This document shows positions 37,361 to 47,077 of a stretch of 64,000 nucleotides of DNA, in pieces (the first letter of the stretch is position 1; every line of letters begins with the position of its first letter). Origin of the DNA: Bdellovibrionales bacterium. Its GTDB lineage: Bacteria > Bdellovibrionota > Bdellovibrionia > Bdellovibrionales > UBA1609. Location of the stretch: positions 256,001 to 320,000 of the forward strand of contig JAWLHR010000001.1 of the NCBI GenBank assembly GCA_041690295.1, read 5' to 3'. The position numbers were made by a program, and so were the translations under genes. Under the pieces are notes generated by a model. The model saw only the letters and a program-made list of their open reading frames with translations. It did not search any database and was not told the origin of the DNA.

Positions 37361-37992
37361 TGCGGCCGTCGATTCTTATTTTTCTAAGCTGCGCGTTTCT
37401 CCTTTACTGGCATTTCGGTGTGGACTTCGGTGGGCAACGCCTGTTGCCAACGGTGAAACCGTTCCTTTACCAGGTGACCAATCCGCCCTACGAACCGCTT
37501 CAATCCTCGGCCAGCTTGCAACCGGATCCGGAAGATAGAAAAGAAGTGAAGCTCCAAGATGATTTCATGCAATGGTTCCGTGCGGAGGCCGAAAAAATCG
37601 GTCGGGTGAATCCGGACCCCTCGGGCACGTTGAGCCGGCTCAAGCAAAAAGCATCGACTCTGACTCATCATCAAATGATGCAACTCAAGCGGATGGCGCT
37701 CGAACACGATTCAAAAGGTGATGAACGATTCTTGGCGGTTTATCTCCTGGGTCTGGCCGATAACAAGCAAGCCGCCTCACATCTTAGAGAACTCGCGCTC
37801 ACTAAGATTCCGGCCGTGACCAATGATCGCCAGCATTCGGACGAAGTTCTCCTTCGCGCCCAAGCCATCGAGTCACTGGTGCAAAAACTCTCCATCGAAG
37901 ATTCCCGACGGTTGCTCAGAGACGTACTCAGCCAAACGTCGGATCCCCTGCTCGCCCGTCACGCGCGATACTGGCTCAATAGACTCGGTTGA
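37360..37992 (+). CDS. Membrane-anchored HEAT-repeat-like protein
   Basis: N-terminal TM; ERFLAVYLLG and LRAQAIESL helices; TAATG coupling to upstream gene. Confidence 0.65.
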   Translation: MRPSILIFLSCAFLLYWHFGVDFGGQRLLPTVKPFLYQVTNPPYEPLQSSASLQPDPEDRKEVKLQDDFMQWFRAEAEKIGRVNPDPSGTLSRLKQKASTLTHHQMMQLKRMALEHDSKGDERFLAVYLLGLADNKQAASHLRELALTKIPAVTNDRQHSDEVLLRAQAIESLVQKLSIEDSRRLLRDVLSQTSDPLLARHARYWLNRLG

Positions 37993-38105
37993 GTGGATTT
38001 CCCAGTTGACAAAAATCTCCGCAATACTTCACATAACATCTTTTGTCGGGCACTCCCGCCAGGAATTTGTTACAATTCAATAGAAACACCAACAAAGGAG
38101 GTTGG

Positions 38106-38399
38106 ATGCTCTCAGAGGACGTGAAAGTTATGTTTACCGGGTTCGAGCCCAACGAGGACGTGCGCTCGAAACTTTATTATTTTTTAAACCGACTTTACTT
38201 CAAGTCACCGAGCCAGTCCTTCTTACAAGCCACTTTCACCTTTACGAACGGATTGTTCGAAGGCGTTATCAATATCACTTCATCGGCGGAAAACTTCGTA
38301 GTTAAGGCCTCCGATGTACATCTTTCGCAACTCACCGAAAAATTATTTGAAAAAGTCGGTGAGAAACTTGAGGACTGGAAGTCCCTCCGCTTCGACTGA
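38106..38399 (+). CDS. Small protein with HPF/RaiA-like topology
   Basis: Predicted beta-alpha-beta-beta-beta-alpha pattern; AAGGAGG RBS; paralog at 50823. Confidence 0.65.
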   Translation: MLSEDVKVMFTGFEPNEDVRSKLYYFLNRLYFKSPSQSFLQATFTFTNGLFEGVINITSSAENFVVKASDVHLSQLTEKLFEKVGEKLEDWKSLRFD

Positions 38400-38480
38400 G
38401 TGCCTATTGATTCGCCGCATCCTTGCCGGCGATTTACCCCCGTGAAAGACTAGGAACGGTCATCAAAAAGGGGGGTCTAG

Positions 38481-38912
38481 ATGAGAACATTACTTATAGT
38501 CTTGGCATTCATGTCGTCGGCGGCATCGGCCAAAGTCGTGGAAGTGACGTGCTCCAAGAAAGCCTACGGCTGCTGGAATTCAACCGAAGGAGTAGTCTGT
38601 CGATGGGTGTCGATGGATGACGCGGTTCCTGTGCAGATTCAAATGTACCGCGATCCGAATTTTCCCAAAGAGGATTTGCCCTGGGAAGTTTATCGCGCTG
38701 TCTATCAAAACACTTATGACCGGCATTTCCTCACCGTTAATGTGGAATATCGCGTGCTCGAGGGGCTGAGAGATCCCATTTCGGTGAAAGCCAGCTTGAA
38801 CGCGGGCACTGTAATCGCCGAAGCGTCGGGCCGAGACCGCATTGAAATCGGTTTGCGAAACGCCAATTATGGACGCGGCTTTATCTGCAATTCCATTCGC
38901 GTGATTGAATAA
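38481..38912 (+). CDS. Secreted hypothetical protein
   Basis: Signal peptide (ASA), four Cys. Confidence 0.7.
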   Translation: MRTLLIVLAFMSSAASAKVVEVTCSKKAYGCWNSTEGVVCRWVSMDDAVPVQIQMYRDPNFPKEDLPWEVYRAVYQNTYDRHFLTVNVEYRVLEGLRDPISVKASLNAGTVIAEASGRDRIEIGLRNANYGRGFICNSIRVIE

Positions 38913-38942
38913 GAGAGCCATTCATGCGAAGTTGAGACTCGC

Positions 38943-39353
38943 ATGCATGAGCATCTCAAGAAAACTCTTCTGGAATTGAGCGTCGCGCTCCAAGATCTTC
39001 ATCGCAATTTGTTGATGCTGGAGGCCCAGGCCGTGGAAGCGGCCTCGGGCCAAAAGTTGAATCCCTACGATCTGCTTCACAAATCGCTACATGATCCGGG
39101 ATTTTCGTGGCTACGTCTGATGAGCGCGATGATCGTTCATGTGGACACCATTGTGGATGAGACGCCTCAACTCAACGCCCAGCAGGCCAGCATCATCGCC
39201 GATGAGGTTTTGAACCTGCTTGAAAAACCGGATGCCCGCGCCAATCAGGAGTTTTGGAACAAATACTCCGCGTACCTTTCACACAATCCGGACATCATCA
39301 TGAAACATTCGCGGGTCAAAACGCTTCTTGAAAGTTTGCGTCCGCAAATGTGA
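38943..39353 (+). CDS. Hypothetical helical protein
   Basis: 136-aa ORF containing DPGFSWLRLMS. Confidence 0.7.
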   Translation: MHEHLKKTLLELSVALQDLHRNLLMLEAQAVEAASGQKLNPYDLLHKSLHDPGFSWLRLMSAMIVHVDTIVDETPQLNAQQASIIADEVLNLLEKPDARANQEFWNKYSAYLSHNPDIIMKHSRVKTLLESLRPQM

Positions 39354-40181
39354 TCAGTATTGGGTGAATACGAGATAATAGGGATCGATAATTCCCGTGG
39401 CCCAGGAATAAAACTCGCCTTTATGAGTGACAAGAACAATGCGGGCCGCGCCTTGTTCAACGATATAGATGTTGCCGACCGGATCCACGGCGATCCCCGT
39501 GGGGCCGCTCAATGAATCAGCGACCACCTTTGGATTGCCCGGAGAACGCTGATGATAGCGAAGCACGCGCGCGCCGCTCGAGGCGCCTTCGGCCACATAA
39601 ACCCGTCCGGTGGCATCCGTCGTGATATTCACCGGATCATCGACGGTCGTCGTCGGCCCGGATCCAAGTCCCCATTGAACGAGGTCCTCACTGAAAAGTC
39701 CAACGAGAGGAATGTCATTCACGCCGAAGGCGAGCGCCGAAGCGATTGATGTGTATGTCGCGAAAACTTTCTTGTCCGACGCGCGAATAATATTCATTTG
39801 ACCGTCTTGAGCCACGAACACTTCGCCCACGCTGTTCACCGCGACCACGCTGGGGGTGAATAAATTATCGGCCACAACCGTTCGTTGTCCCGAGGAGATA
39901 TTGATTTTGGTGAGTTGATTCGCCCCTTGTTCGACCACATAGAGATTGCCGAATCGATCGGCCGCGAGGCCGCGCGGATCATTCAATCCCGACGCGAACA
40001 CGGATCGGGTGCCGTCGGAATTGAACTGCAAGATCGTTCCCGGGGCTCCGCAGCTGACGTACATCGGGAAATCGTAAACCGGCGCTTGGCCCACGCGCAG
40101 AAGTCGGGACGCCGAACGCCCGCAGTTCACGAGTGAGAAGCATAAGAAGACAAATAAAAACGTCCTAGCTAATGTGGTCAA
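39354..40181 (-). CDS. NHL/beta-propeller lipoprotein
   Basis: Lipobox LVNC; repeats PRGLAADRFGNLYV and PTGIAVDPVGNIYI. Confidence 0.82.
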   Translation of the reverse strand: MTTLARTFLFVFLCFSLVNCGRSASRLLRVGQAPVYDFPMYVSCGAPGTILQFNSDGTRSVFASGLNDPRGLAADRFGNLYVVEQGANQLTKINISSGQRTVVADNLFTPSVVAVNSVGEVFVAQDGQMNIIRASDKKVFATYTSIASALAFGVNDIPLVGLFSEDLVQWGLGSGPTTTVDDPVNITTDATGRVYVAEGASSGARVLRYHQRSPGNPKVVADSLSGPTGIAVDPVGNIYIVEQGAARIVLVTHKGEFYSWATGIIDPYYLVFTQY

Positions 40182-40735
40182 AACCTATACCCCAAACCAA
40201 AAACCGGATAACCATCCGTTTGCTCAATGGGTTCATCCAAACTGACGCCATCCTGCTTGCCCAACTTCTGTGTTCGATATTTATAACTGGCTTGAAAATA
40301 CATGCCGCCGGTTTTTCCACCACCGGAAGCCAAGGCGAATCGCACACCGACACCAAGAAGCATACCATCACCCGTTTGATTGGCGATCGAGCGGTCGGTG
40401 AAACTTCTCGCCACGTTGAAGGTGTAACCCAATTCGAAGTAGAACGGCTGGTAAGCCAACTCCAGTTTCGGACCAATCCCCGTGTCCGTTTCGCTGTCAC
40501 CATGTTTATCGTACTGAAAGTAAATCCCGAATCCCCACCACGACTTGCTGTACATCAATTCGGAATGAGTCAAAATCGTGCTGCCCTCGGGGCCTTGGCC
40601 GCCTTGTTTGGTGGAACTGGTGAGAACCATCGCCGCCGCCGACGCGTGAAAACCGCCCGGTCCCGCGGCACCACTGGATCCCTGTGCATATCCCGTCTGA
40701 CAAAAGAGCAATGCCATCAGCGCAAGCCATTTCAT
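40178..40735 (-). CDS. Small outer-membrane beta-barrel protein
   Basis: Signal peptide, alternating beta strands, C-terminal GLGYRF. Confidence 0.75.
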   Translation of the reverse strand: MKWLALMALLFCQTGYAQGSSGAAGPGGFHASAAAMVLTSSTKQGGQGPEGSTILTHSELMYSKSWWGFGIYFQYDKHGDSETDTGIGPKLELAYQPFYFELGYTFNVARSFTDRSIANQTGDGMLLGVGVRFALASGGGKTGGMYFQASYKYRTQKLGKQDGVSLDEPIEQTDGYPVFGLGYRF

Positions 40736-40739
40736 TGAA

Positions 40740-42437
40740 TCACCTCAAAGTCCTAAACACCTTAGTGGCGTAGGTCGTTAAGTTTCCGTTTCCGTCTTTG
40801 GAACGGACTTCGTAGTAATAATACTTGTACGGCTGTAAACCGGTCAGTTCGACGGAGTGGAACGTTTTTAGTGTCGCATCGAGCGGTGTGAAGTTGGTGA
40901 TTTCGCCGATTCCGTAACCCACCTGAGTGTCAGCGCCCTCATCGGTCAGCCACTGGATGGTCGCCGAATTGGACGTGATGTTGATCGCCTGCACTGAAGT
41001 GATCAACGGACTGGTTTCGTCACCGACTCCGGGCGGATCAGGATTATCGTCACTGAGCGGAGAGTTGGGATCGTTGGGTACGGCACAGATCTGAGTGAAA
41101 TAAGTTCCGTTCAAAGTGAATTCAGGACCGTTCACGGATACGCCGTAGGTGCGCGCGGAGGTATCGTTGCTCGCTTGCACCGTATGAATTCCGCCGGCGA
41201 AGGCCACATTTAACTTTCCCTGGGCGATCAGTTCCCGAACGGTTCCCGCGCCGAACATCGCCAACAGATCCAACGTGGCGGCTTGATTGGTTTCGTTACC
41301 CGTGATGCTTTGAACAAACGTGTCCCAATAAGTGTTGGTGGAAGCGTCATCATTCCAGGTTTCCACCGCCACCGTGGCTTGGTTCCGATCAAATCCCGCT
41401 TGGGCGACGCCCATGCCGTTGACGACAATCGCCGCCGGATCTCCTGATTTTCTCTTCACCGTCATCGATAGCGAGGCCGCTGTGATGGTGATGTCTTTCA
41501 CCGCCGCGACCGAAGGCAATCGCGGGTCATAGTAAAATTCCACCGACCGAAAGCCGCCTGGGGCGTTGTCCACCGATTGTTTGGGTGTCACCGCATTGTT
41601 AAACGCGTCTTGCCCGATGGAATTGCCGTCGTTATGCACATAAACATTGCGGAACTGGTAAGTGGGACTTGTGGTGCAGCTCAGCGGGTTCTTCGAGATG
41701 GTTACGCCCTTGATAAAAAGTTTCGGCTCATAGCCCGTTCCGCTGAATATCGGCGAATCATCTCCGGTCACGACTTGCACTTTCCCATCATTGATGACAT
41801 CGACCAGAGTTTTCGTACCGTCCGGCAACAGATCCGCGACATTCAAATCGAATGTGTTCGGTATGTTCGCTTTATAATGGCTCAGCGACCAATCCAGGTA
41901 GTAGGCGTTTTCAGGTACATCCGGCACCATCGCCCCTGTGCAATCGGAGCAAAGATAACGGCGAAACTCCACTTTCGTGTTCGCGGGGTTGGTGTTCAAA
42001 ATCCCCTGGCTCACGCGCCCCGTGAACACGCCGTCGACCATAATACCTTCGGTGTCGGATGTGTCCCGTTGCGTGTCGATCACGAGATGCGCTTCATTCA
42101 ATTTGAAATTGTTCGGCGGATACGAATAGGAGAAAGTGAACGGCACTTGCCGGTCCGTTTGCGTGTTATTGAATCCGATCCGCGCGCCGGCGAACGGATA
42201 CTCATTGGTCGCGAATTCGGGAAAATCCCCGGCGGTGGCGGTGATGATTTGCACGACTTCATAGAGATTACCGAGGTTGGCTCCATCGGTTCGGCTGCCA
42301 TCATCACCGATTTCCGCCGGGCCTAAGTATTCCCCGGTGAACAAAGGCTTAGCCTTTCCACAACCCAGGGAAATTCCCAAAGCCATCGCGAGCGCCGCCA
42401 GAACCACGGCCGCATTGGTTCGCCAGTTCAAAAACAT
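40740..42437 (-). CDS. Lipoprotein with C-terminal fibronectin-III domain
   Basis: Lipobox SLGC; ITSNSATIQW...HSVELTGLQPYKYYYYEVRS. Confidence 0.8.
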   Translation of the reverse strand: MFLNWRTNAAVVLAALAMALGISLGCGKAKPLFTGEYLGPAEIGDDGSRTDGANLGNLYEVVQIITATAGDFPEFATNEYPFAGARIGFNNTQTDRQVPFTFSYSYPPNNFKLNEAHLVIDTQRDTSDTEGIMVDGVFTGRVSQGILNTNPANTKVEFRRYLCSDCTGAMVPDVPENAYYLDWSLSHYKANIPNTFDLNVADLLPDGTKTLVDVINDGKVQVVTGDDSPIFSGTGYEPKLFIKGVTISKNPLSCTTSPTYQFRNVYVHNDGNSIGQDAFNNAVTPKQSVDNAPGGFRSVEFYYDPRLPSVAAVKDITITAASLSMTVKRKSGDPAAIVVNGMGVAQAGFDRNQATVAVETWNDDASTNTYWDTFVQSITGNETNQAATLDLLAMFGAGTVRELIAQGKLNVAFAGGIHTVQASNDTSARTYGVSVNGPEFTLNGTYFTQICAVPNDPNSPLSDDNPDPPGVGDETSPLITSVQAINITSNSATIQWLTDEGADTQVGYGIGEITNFTPLDATLKTFHSVELTGLQPYKYYYYEVRSKDGNGNLTTYATKVFRTLR

Positions 42438-42501
42438 AAACTAATTTTATCTTGCAATGGAGTGGCTTGGCCACTGGACTAGGACGATGGTCTAACCGAT
42501 C

Positions 42502-42864
42502 TTATTGAGAGTCCCGCAAAACGCGAATGATTTGCTGGAGCCGCAGCGGTTCTCCCGTTGGGGAACAAAGTTCGCCACTTTCCATTTTCCGCGCTAACTT
42601 ATCGAGAACCGCGGCTTCTTGCCCGCCGGCAATTCCGAGCGCACGAAAGATCGGTTGTGCGGATTGATAAGCCATTGAGATTCCGTTCCGATAGTCAAAG
42701 TAAGTGGAATAAATATCGTGAGCCTCTTCCAAAGCCTGGCTCGGATTCCGTGTCATGGAATAACCGATGTAGGCCTGGCGGTAAGCCTGGACGCACGCGG
42801 ACTCACTCGACCAAGATACAGGCGAATTCAAGAGAAAAACAGCAATAGCCCAGATCAAAATCAT
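42502..42864 (-). CDS. Small secreted hypothetical protein
   Basis: Signal peptide, two Cys. Confidence 0.6.
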   Translation of the reverse strand: MILIWAIAVFLLNSPVSWSSESACVQAYRQAYIGYSMTRNPSQALEEAHDIYSTYFDYRNGISMAYQSAQPIFRALGIAGGQEAAVLDKLARKMESGELCSPTGEPLRLQQIIRVLRDSQ

Positions 42865-42920
42865 ATCACCTTAAGGGCATTGCAGAACCAGTGCCATGTT
42901 CCACCCGGACTGAATTCGCG

Positions 42921-42948
42921 TACAGTTGCGAGTTCAGGTGCCCGATAA
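42921..42948 (+). promoter_or_regulatory. Putative sigma28-like promoter
   Basis: TACAG-N15-CCCGATAA, 7 nt before the ATG at 42956. Confidence 0.45.
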
Positions 42949-42955
42949 GTCATCT

Positions 42956-44218
42956 ATGAGGGTTTTTCGTGTATTTTTGAAAATACTCCTGAGCGCATTT
43001 TTGGCATTCCCATATTCCGCTCCATTCGCACAGATCACCCCGGTTGCCAAAAATCCTGACTTTCGTGAAAAAATGATTCGGCTCCACTTCGATCATATCG
43101 TCCGCCAATCCATGCTCGTTCAGACCCATAAGGACTTCGAAAAAGTCTTCCTCGCCCAGCTGTCGGAGAAGGATCGCAAGGACATCGCCAAAGCCGTTCG
43201 AAGCCTAAAAACCTTTCCCACTTTCAAGCGCGTTGATTCGAAGCTTGTTCTCAAGGAATACGGCTTCCCCAAAATTGAGATCACCTGGCCGGAACCCTTG
43301 AAAATGGATTTTGTAATTAATGGCGTTTTGTGGAGCTATGACGAGAAAAAACCCCTCATGCCGCAAGTTGAGAAACTCGCGCGACAGCTGGGCACGCAAA
43401 AAAGGTCGGCGTTCGTGTTCGACATTCTTCCAGACGCCCACGCCGATGGCGGCCTCATGTCAATTCCGGTTGTGGCCATGGTCGTCGGCAGCTTGATTGG
43501 GGTGACTGGCGGCGTGATCTTCAATGACCTATTGATCGTGGCCTGGTGTTGGAGCGCTGAAAAGACGGGTATCGTTAGCCAACGATGCGTGGACCGCGAA
43601 AAGGCCAAACAAGAAGTCATTTTCAAGAACGTTCCGTCACTTGACGCTGTTGTCAAACAGACCGGATCGGACAAGAAGAACGTGCTTGCTCGATGGGAAA
43701 CGGCCAGTGAAATGTCCTGCCCCGCGAACAATGACGGCCAACCCCGACAGTATCGGGCGAAGATTCGGTCCGTGGCCGTCCAAGACGGCAAAAAGGTTCC
43801 CATTTCCAAGTGGCATAATGTCTTAGCCAAATTTAACGCCGACGGTTATCCGACCGATGTCATCATTACGGATGAGTCGGTCAACCCGGAAAAATTAAAC
43901 CCGGCCGACAATTCCAAACTGGTGGTGCACATAGCGTTTGACCCCACGACATCAAAACCGGTCAGCTATCGAATTCCTAACCCGAATTACAATAAGGATA
44001 GTCTATTGGCGCGCCCGACAATCTCATTGACTCGCCTCAATGAATTAACGCCCGCTCAACAGGAGTTGATCACCAATGCCGACGATGCCATTATCGTCGT
44101 AAACTGGAGCTTGTATCGTTGCGTCGGTGACAAGGTGAAGCGCGAGGTAACGGCCGGTATCGATCCGGGATCGCCCGCCGAGCCCAAGCCCACACCCGAT
44201 GCGAAAACGACAAAATAG
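42956..44218 (+). CDS. Secreted/membrane hypothetical protein
   Basis: Signal peptide plus internal PDAHA and Gly-rich TM segment. Confidence 0.7.
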   Translation: MRVFRVFLKILLSAFLAFPYSAPFAQITPVAKNPDFREKMIRLHFDHIVRQSMLVQTHKDFEKVFLAQLSEKDRKDIAKAVRSLKTFPTFKRVDSKLVLKEYGFPKIEITWPEPLKMDFVINGVLWSYDEKKPLMPQVEKLARQLGTQKRSAFVFDILPDAHADGGLMSIPVVAMVVGSLIGVTGGVIFNDLLIVAWCWSAEKTGIVSQRCVDREKAKQEVIFKNVPSLDAVVKQTGSDKKNVLARWETASEMSCPANNDGQPRQYRAKIRSVAVQDGKKVPISKWHNVLAKFNADGYPTDVIITDESVNPEKLNPADNSKLVVHIAFDPTTSKPVSYRIPNPNYNKDSLLARPTISLTRLNELTPAQQELITNADDAIIVVNWSLYRCVGDKVKREVTAGIDPGSPAEPKPTPDAKTTK

Positions 44219-44221
44219 CGA

Positions 44222-44869
44222 ATGGCATTGGAACGGTTCCGTCAGGAAGCCCGAGAAAAATATATCTCTCATTTTTACTCACCTTGGGTCCACACCCTGT
44301 TCATTATTCTTTTCACCGTCTGCGGTCTCGTCATTTATTCACAGGCCCTGGAAGTCAGAAATCCATTTTTTATCATCGCGGTTTGCCTTTGCAGTTTGCT
44401 GATCGCCAATGTGGTGGAGTATTGGGCGCACCGGTTACCCATGCACCGGCCGTATAAGTGGCTTTACTTCGCCTTCGATCACCACACGCTTCGCCACCAC
44501 CGTTTTTTCCCCGATACGGATATGGGTTACGAATCAGGAAAAGACGTGGCCTTCGTGCTCTTTTCACCTTTGATGATGGTTTTATTTTTCTTGGGCTTCG
44601 CGGCGCCGATTTGCCTTGCGGGCGGGTGGCTCTTTGGCCGAGACACTGGTCTTTTAATGATGATGACCGCGCATGTTTATTATTTCTCTTACGAGTGCCT
44701 GCACTTCCTCTATCACTTACCCGAAGCGCACTGGCTTAAAGAGACGGCCTTCTTGCGATGGCTGAGCGCTCATCACCGAATTCACCACGATCCACGATAC
44801 ATGGGAAATTCCAACTTTAACGTGACTCTGCCGCTGGCCGATTGGATTTTCGGCACCTATCGCCGTTAA
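44222..44869 (+). CDS. Fatty acid hydroxylase/sterol desaturase family
   Basis: His boxes HRLPMH, HTLRHH, HFLYH, HHRIHH. Confidence 0.88.
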   Translation: MALERFRQEAREKYISHFYSPWVHTLFIILFTVCGLVIYSQALEVRNPFFIIAVCLCSLLIANVVEYWAHRLPMHRPYKWLYFAFDHHTLRHHRFFPDTDMGYESGKDVAFVLFSPLMMVLFFLGFAAPICLAGGWLFGRDTGLLMMMTAHVYYFSYECLHFLYHLPEAHWLKETAFLRWLSAHHRIHHDPRYMGNSNFNVTLPLADWIFGTYRR

Positions 44870-44870
44870 T

Positions 44871-45437
44871 TTATTTCGATTTAATTCTTAAGTCTTTGCC
44901 GATCTCGTACTTGGACTCACCGTCGGTCAACAGCTTCACACCCTTTTGTACCACGGGTTTGAGCGACGGAAGCGCTTCATTGGTCATCACGAAACGCTGA
45001 TTTTTCGCATCCCAAAGGAAGTAGTAATAAAGAGGACCAAGCTTCATTGAATCCAAACCACTCAAAGCCAAATCGAAGACCTTGGGATCTCTCAGGTTCA
45101 CCAAATAAAAACCAACCTGATCGTCTTCAGAAAGACCCTGAATTCTTGGAACCCCGTCGACTTGTGGAATCTTGATAATGTCGCGCGATTTTCCGTTGAG
45201 GTTTATAAATTCAACCCGTTCAATCAGGCGCAGTTCCGGATAATCCCGATCCGGCTGAGTGTGAAAAATCACATGAAATTGAGCTTTGCCATCCGGAGAG
45301 AATCGGCAGGGCGCCTCTTTGGTGCAGGACTTTTTCTGCTCATAAGTGATGTCACGCCAGGTGGAGGAATCAGCGAATCCCGTCACTGGGCTGAGAAGCA
45401 ACGCCGACAGAAGAAGCACGTGACTTCGCCTTAACAC
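44871..45437 (-). CDS. Secreted protein, candidate peptidoglycan-hydrolase inhibitor (XAC2610-like)
   Basis: Signal peptide; DLAL...YYYFLWDAKNQRF; overlaps the GH19 gene end; start uncertain. Confidence 0.55.
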   Translation of the reverse strand: MLRRSHVLLLSALLLSPVTGFADSSTWRDITYEQKKSCTKEAPCRFSPDGKAQFHVIFHTQPDRDYPELRLIERVEFINLNGKSRDIIKIPQVDGVPRIQGLSEDDQVGFYLVNLRDPKVFDLALSGLDSMKLGPLYYYFLWDAKNQRFVMTNEALPSLKPVVQKGVKLLTDGESKYEIGKDLRIKSK

Positions 45438-46221
45438 TGGCGATGGCCTGCTCGAAATTGCCATTTAAGCATCCTCCAATTTTATTATACATTTTGGTGC
45501 GGCTTTCTAAACCTTTTATTTGCTTTCCGTTAATCGTTCGTGAAACCTCGACGATGCCCTCACTGCCACTGGTCAATGATTTGCGAAATTCGTGCATGTG
45601 GAATTTCGCGTTTTCCCACCAGTAAAGCGTGCACGTGGCGGCCAATCGTTTATCGGGCGCGGCGTCACCTAAGAGTTTTTCAGGATCAGTGATGATCGGA
45701 TGATCCTTAACATCGTCCCTGGGCGGTGGACATTTTTTACGTTCACTTTGCACGACTTCAAACAGCCGGCGAGCCGGCTCACCCGTCTTTAATCGTTCAA
45801 CGAATCTCGCGCAACCCGCATAGTTGTAACAATGGGTGACCTGGATCGGTCCGCGGCCTTTGTATTTGGGACGACCTTGAACGAATTTGCTTCCGTCGCC
45901 GAGCTCGGTCATATATTTGAACCGCATACTTTCGTGCAGGAGTTGCGAATAAAAGTGATGGCGCTCATTATCACTCGGCGTACGTAAACCAATCGCGGCC
46001 ATTTTCGCCCAAGTATCGGCGAACCCCTCGGCCAATTCTTTGACTTTTTTCTCTGTCGCCTGATCCAACGCTGGGCCGGTTTTATTCGCCGAACAGGTCA
46101 TCTCTTGATAGAGGATATCACTGAGGCGGGCGATCGGATCCGATTCCTGAGCGGCACCCGCCCATGAAAAAGCGACCAAGCTGACGGCGATTCCCAAGCC
46201 ATAAACCAAATGTCTGCTCAT
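45370..46221 (-). CDS. Secreted glycoside hydrolase family 19 (chitinase/lysozyme-like)
   Basis: FYSQLLHES, YKGRGPIQVT..YNY, TLYWW, SRTING..GLESR. Confidence 0.82.
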   Translation of the reverse strand: MSRHLVYGLGIAVSLVAFSWAGAAQESDPIARLSDILYQEMTCSANKTGPALDQATEKKVKELAEGFADTWAKMAAIGLRTPSDNERHHFYSQLLHESMRFKYMTELGDGSKFVQGRPKYKGRGPIQVTHCYNYAGCARFVERLKTGEPARRLFEVVQSERKKCPPPRDDVKDHPIITDPEKLLGDAAPDKRLAATCTLYWWENAKFHMHEFRKSLTSGSEGIVEVSRTINGKQIKGLESRTKMYNKIGGCLNGNFEQAIASVKAKSRASSVGVASQPSDGIR

Positions 46222-46278
46222 GGCTTGTCGACGGTGCAATTAACGCATCTATTGAGAGGCAACGAGGGGCGGTTTCAA

Positions 46279-46295
46279 TGTCTAAAACTTAAACA
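46279..46295. promoter_or_regulatory. TGTCTCA-N3-TGAGAC-like palindrome, degenerate copy 4
   Basis: TGTCTAA AAC TTAAACA, about 58 nt upstream of the GH19 start. Confidence 0.35.
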
Positions 46296-46319
46296 CCTGG
46301 CACAAGTAAGTTCATGTGA

Positions 46320-46934
46320 TCACTCAATATCCAGCCGCGAGATCACGACCGAAACGCCCATGCCGATGCCGGCCGAGTAGACCCTGGCGGTGGCATTGGT
46401 CTGCTCATTATACAAATTAAAATAGGCCGCCGAGGCATAGTAGCCCGCGGAACCTCCGTATCCGTCATACTGGCCGCGCACGCTTTCGCGAAGGTTTTGA
46501 CGATCAGGAACCTCGATGGTGATGACCATGAGATGTAGCATGGCGTTCGCGGCGACCGCCGGACTGAAATAGGTCACCTTATAAAAGGTTGCCCTGTCAT
46601 CGACACAAACCGCCCCACCGTATTCGATAATCGCACCCACTTTTAAACTCACACAATAAAGCCATAACTCCAGCGACCGACCACCGACGGGTAGACTTTT
46701 GGACAGTTCTCTTTCTTTCGCTTTTTCCGATTCCACCTCTTTGCCGAATCGCTCAGCCTCTTCAAGTTCATCGAAAACTTGCGCACGCTCGAATTCCGGC
46801 TGCGTCATGTACCAATCATAAAGGCGTTTTATCGAATCGATAGGAAACGGCCAGCCCGCTTGCTCTTCCGCGCGGCAGATACCAACGTGAACGTTGCATA
46901 GAATGAAAATCAGAAAGAATAAATGCGCTTTCAC
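46320..46934 (-). CDS. Secreted hypothetical protein
   Basis: Signal peptide; Gly-rich beta C-terminus. Confidence 0.65.
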   Translation of the reverse strand: MKAHLFFLIFILCNVHVGICRAEEQAGWPFPIDSIKRLYDWYMTQPEFERAQVFDELEEAERFGKEVESEKAKERELSKSLPVGGRSLELWLYCVSLKVGAIIEYGGAVCVDDRATFYKVTYFSPAVAANAMLHLMVITIEVPDRQNLRESVRGQYDGYGGSAGYYASAAYFNLYNEQTNATARVYSAGIGMGVSVVISRLDIE

Positions 46935-47077
46935 AACCGATATAGCAGCAATTCATGTGCCGCCACGACCAATGGCCAGCGGGATTTTGGTACGGAAATA
47001 AATCCTGGATTCTAGATTTTTTCAGAGCGCAAAAGCAGATTGATTCTATCAAGTCTCGTTTCAACCAAGGATTACCT

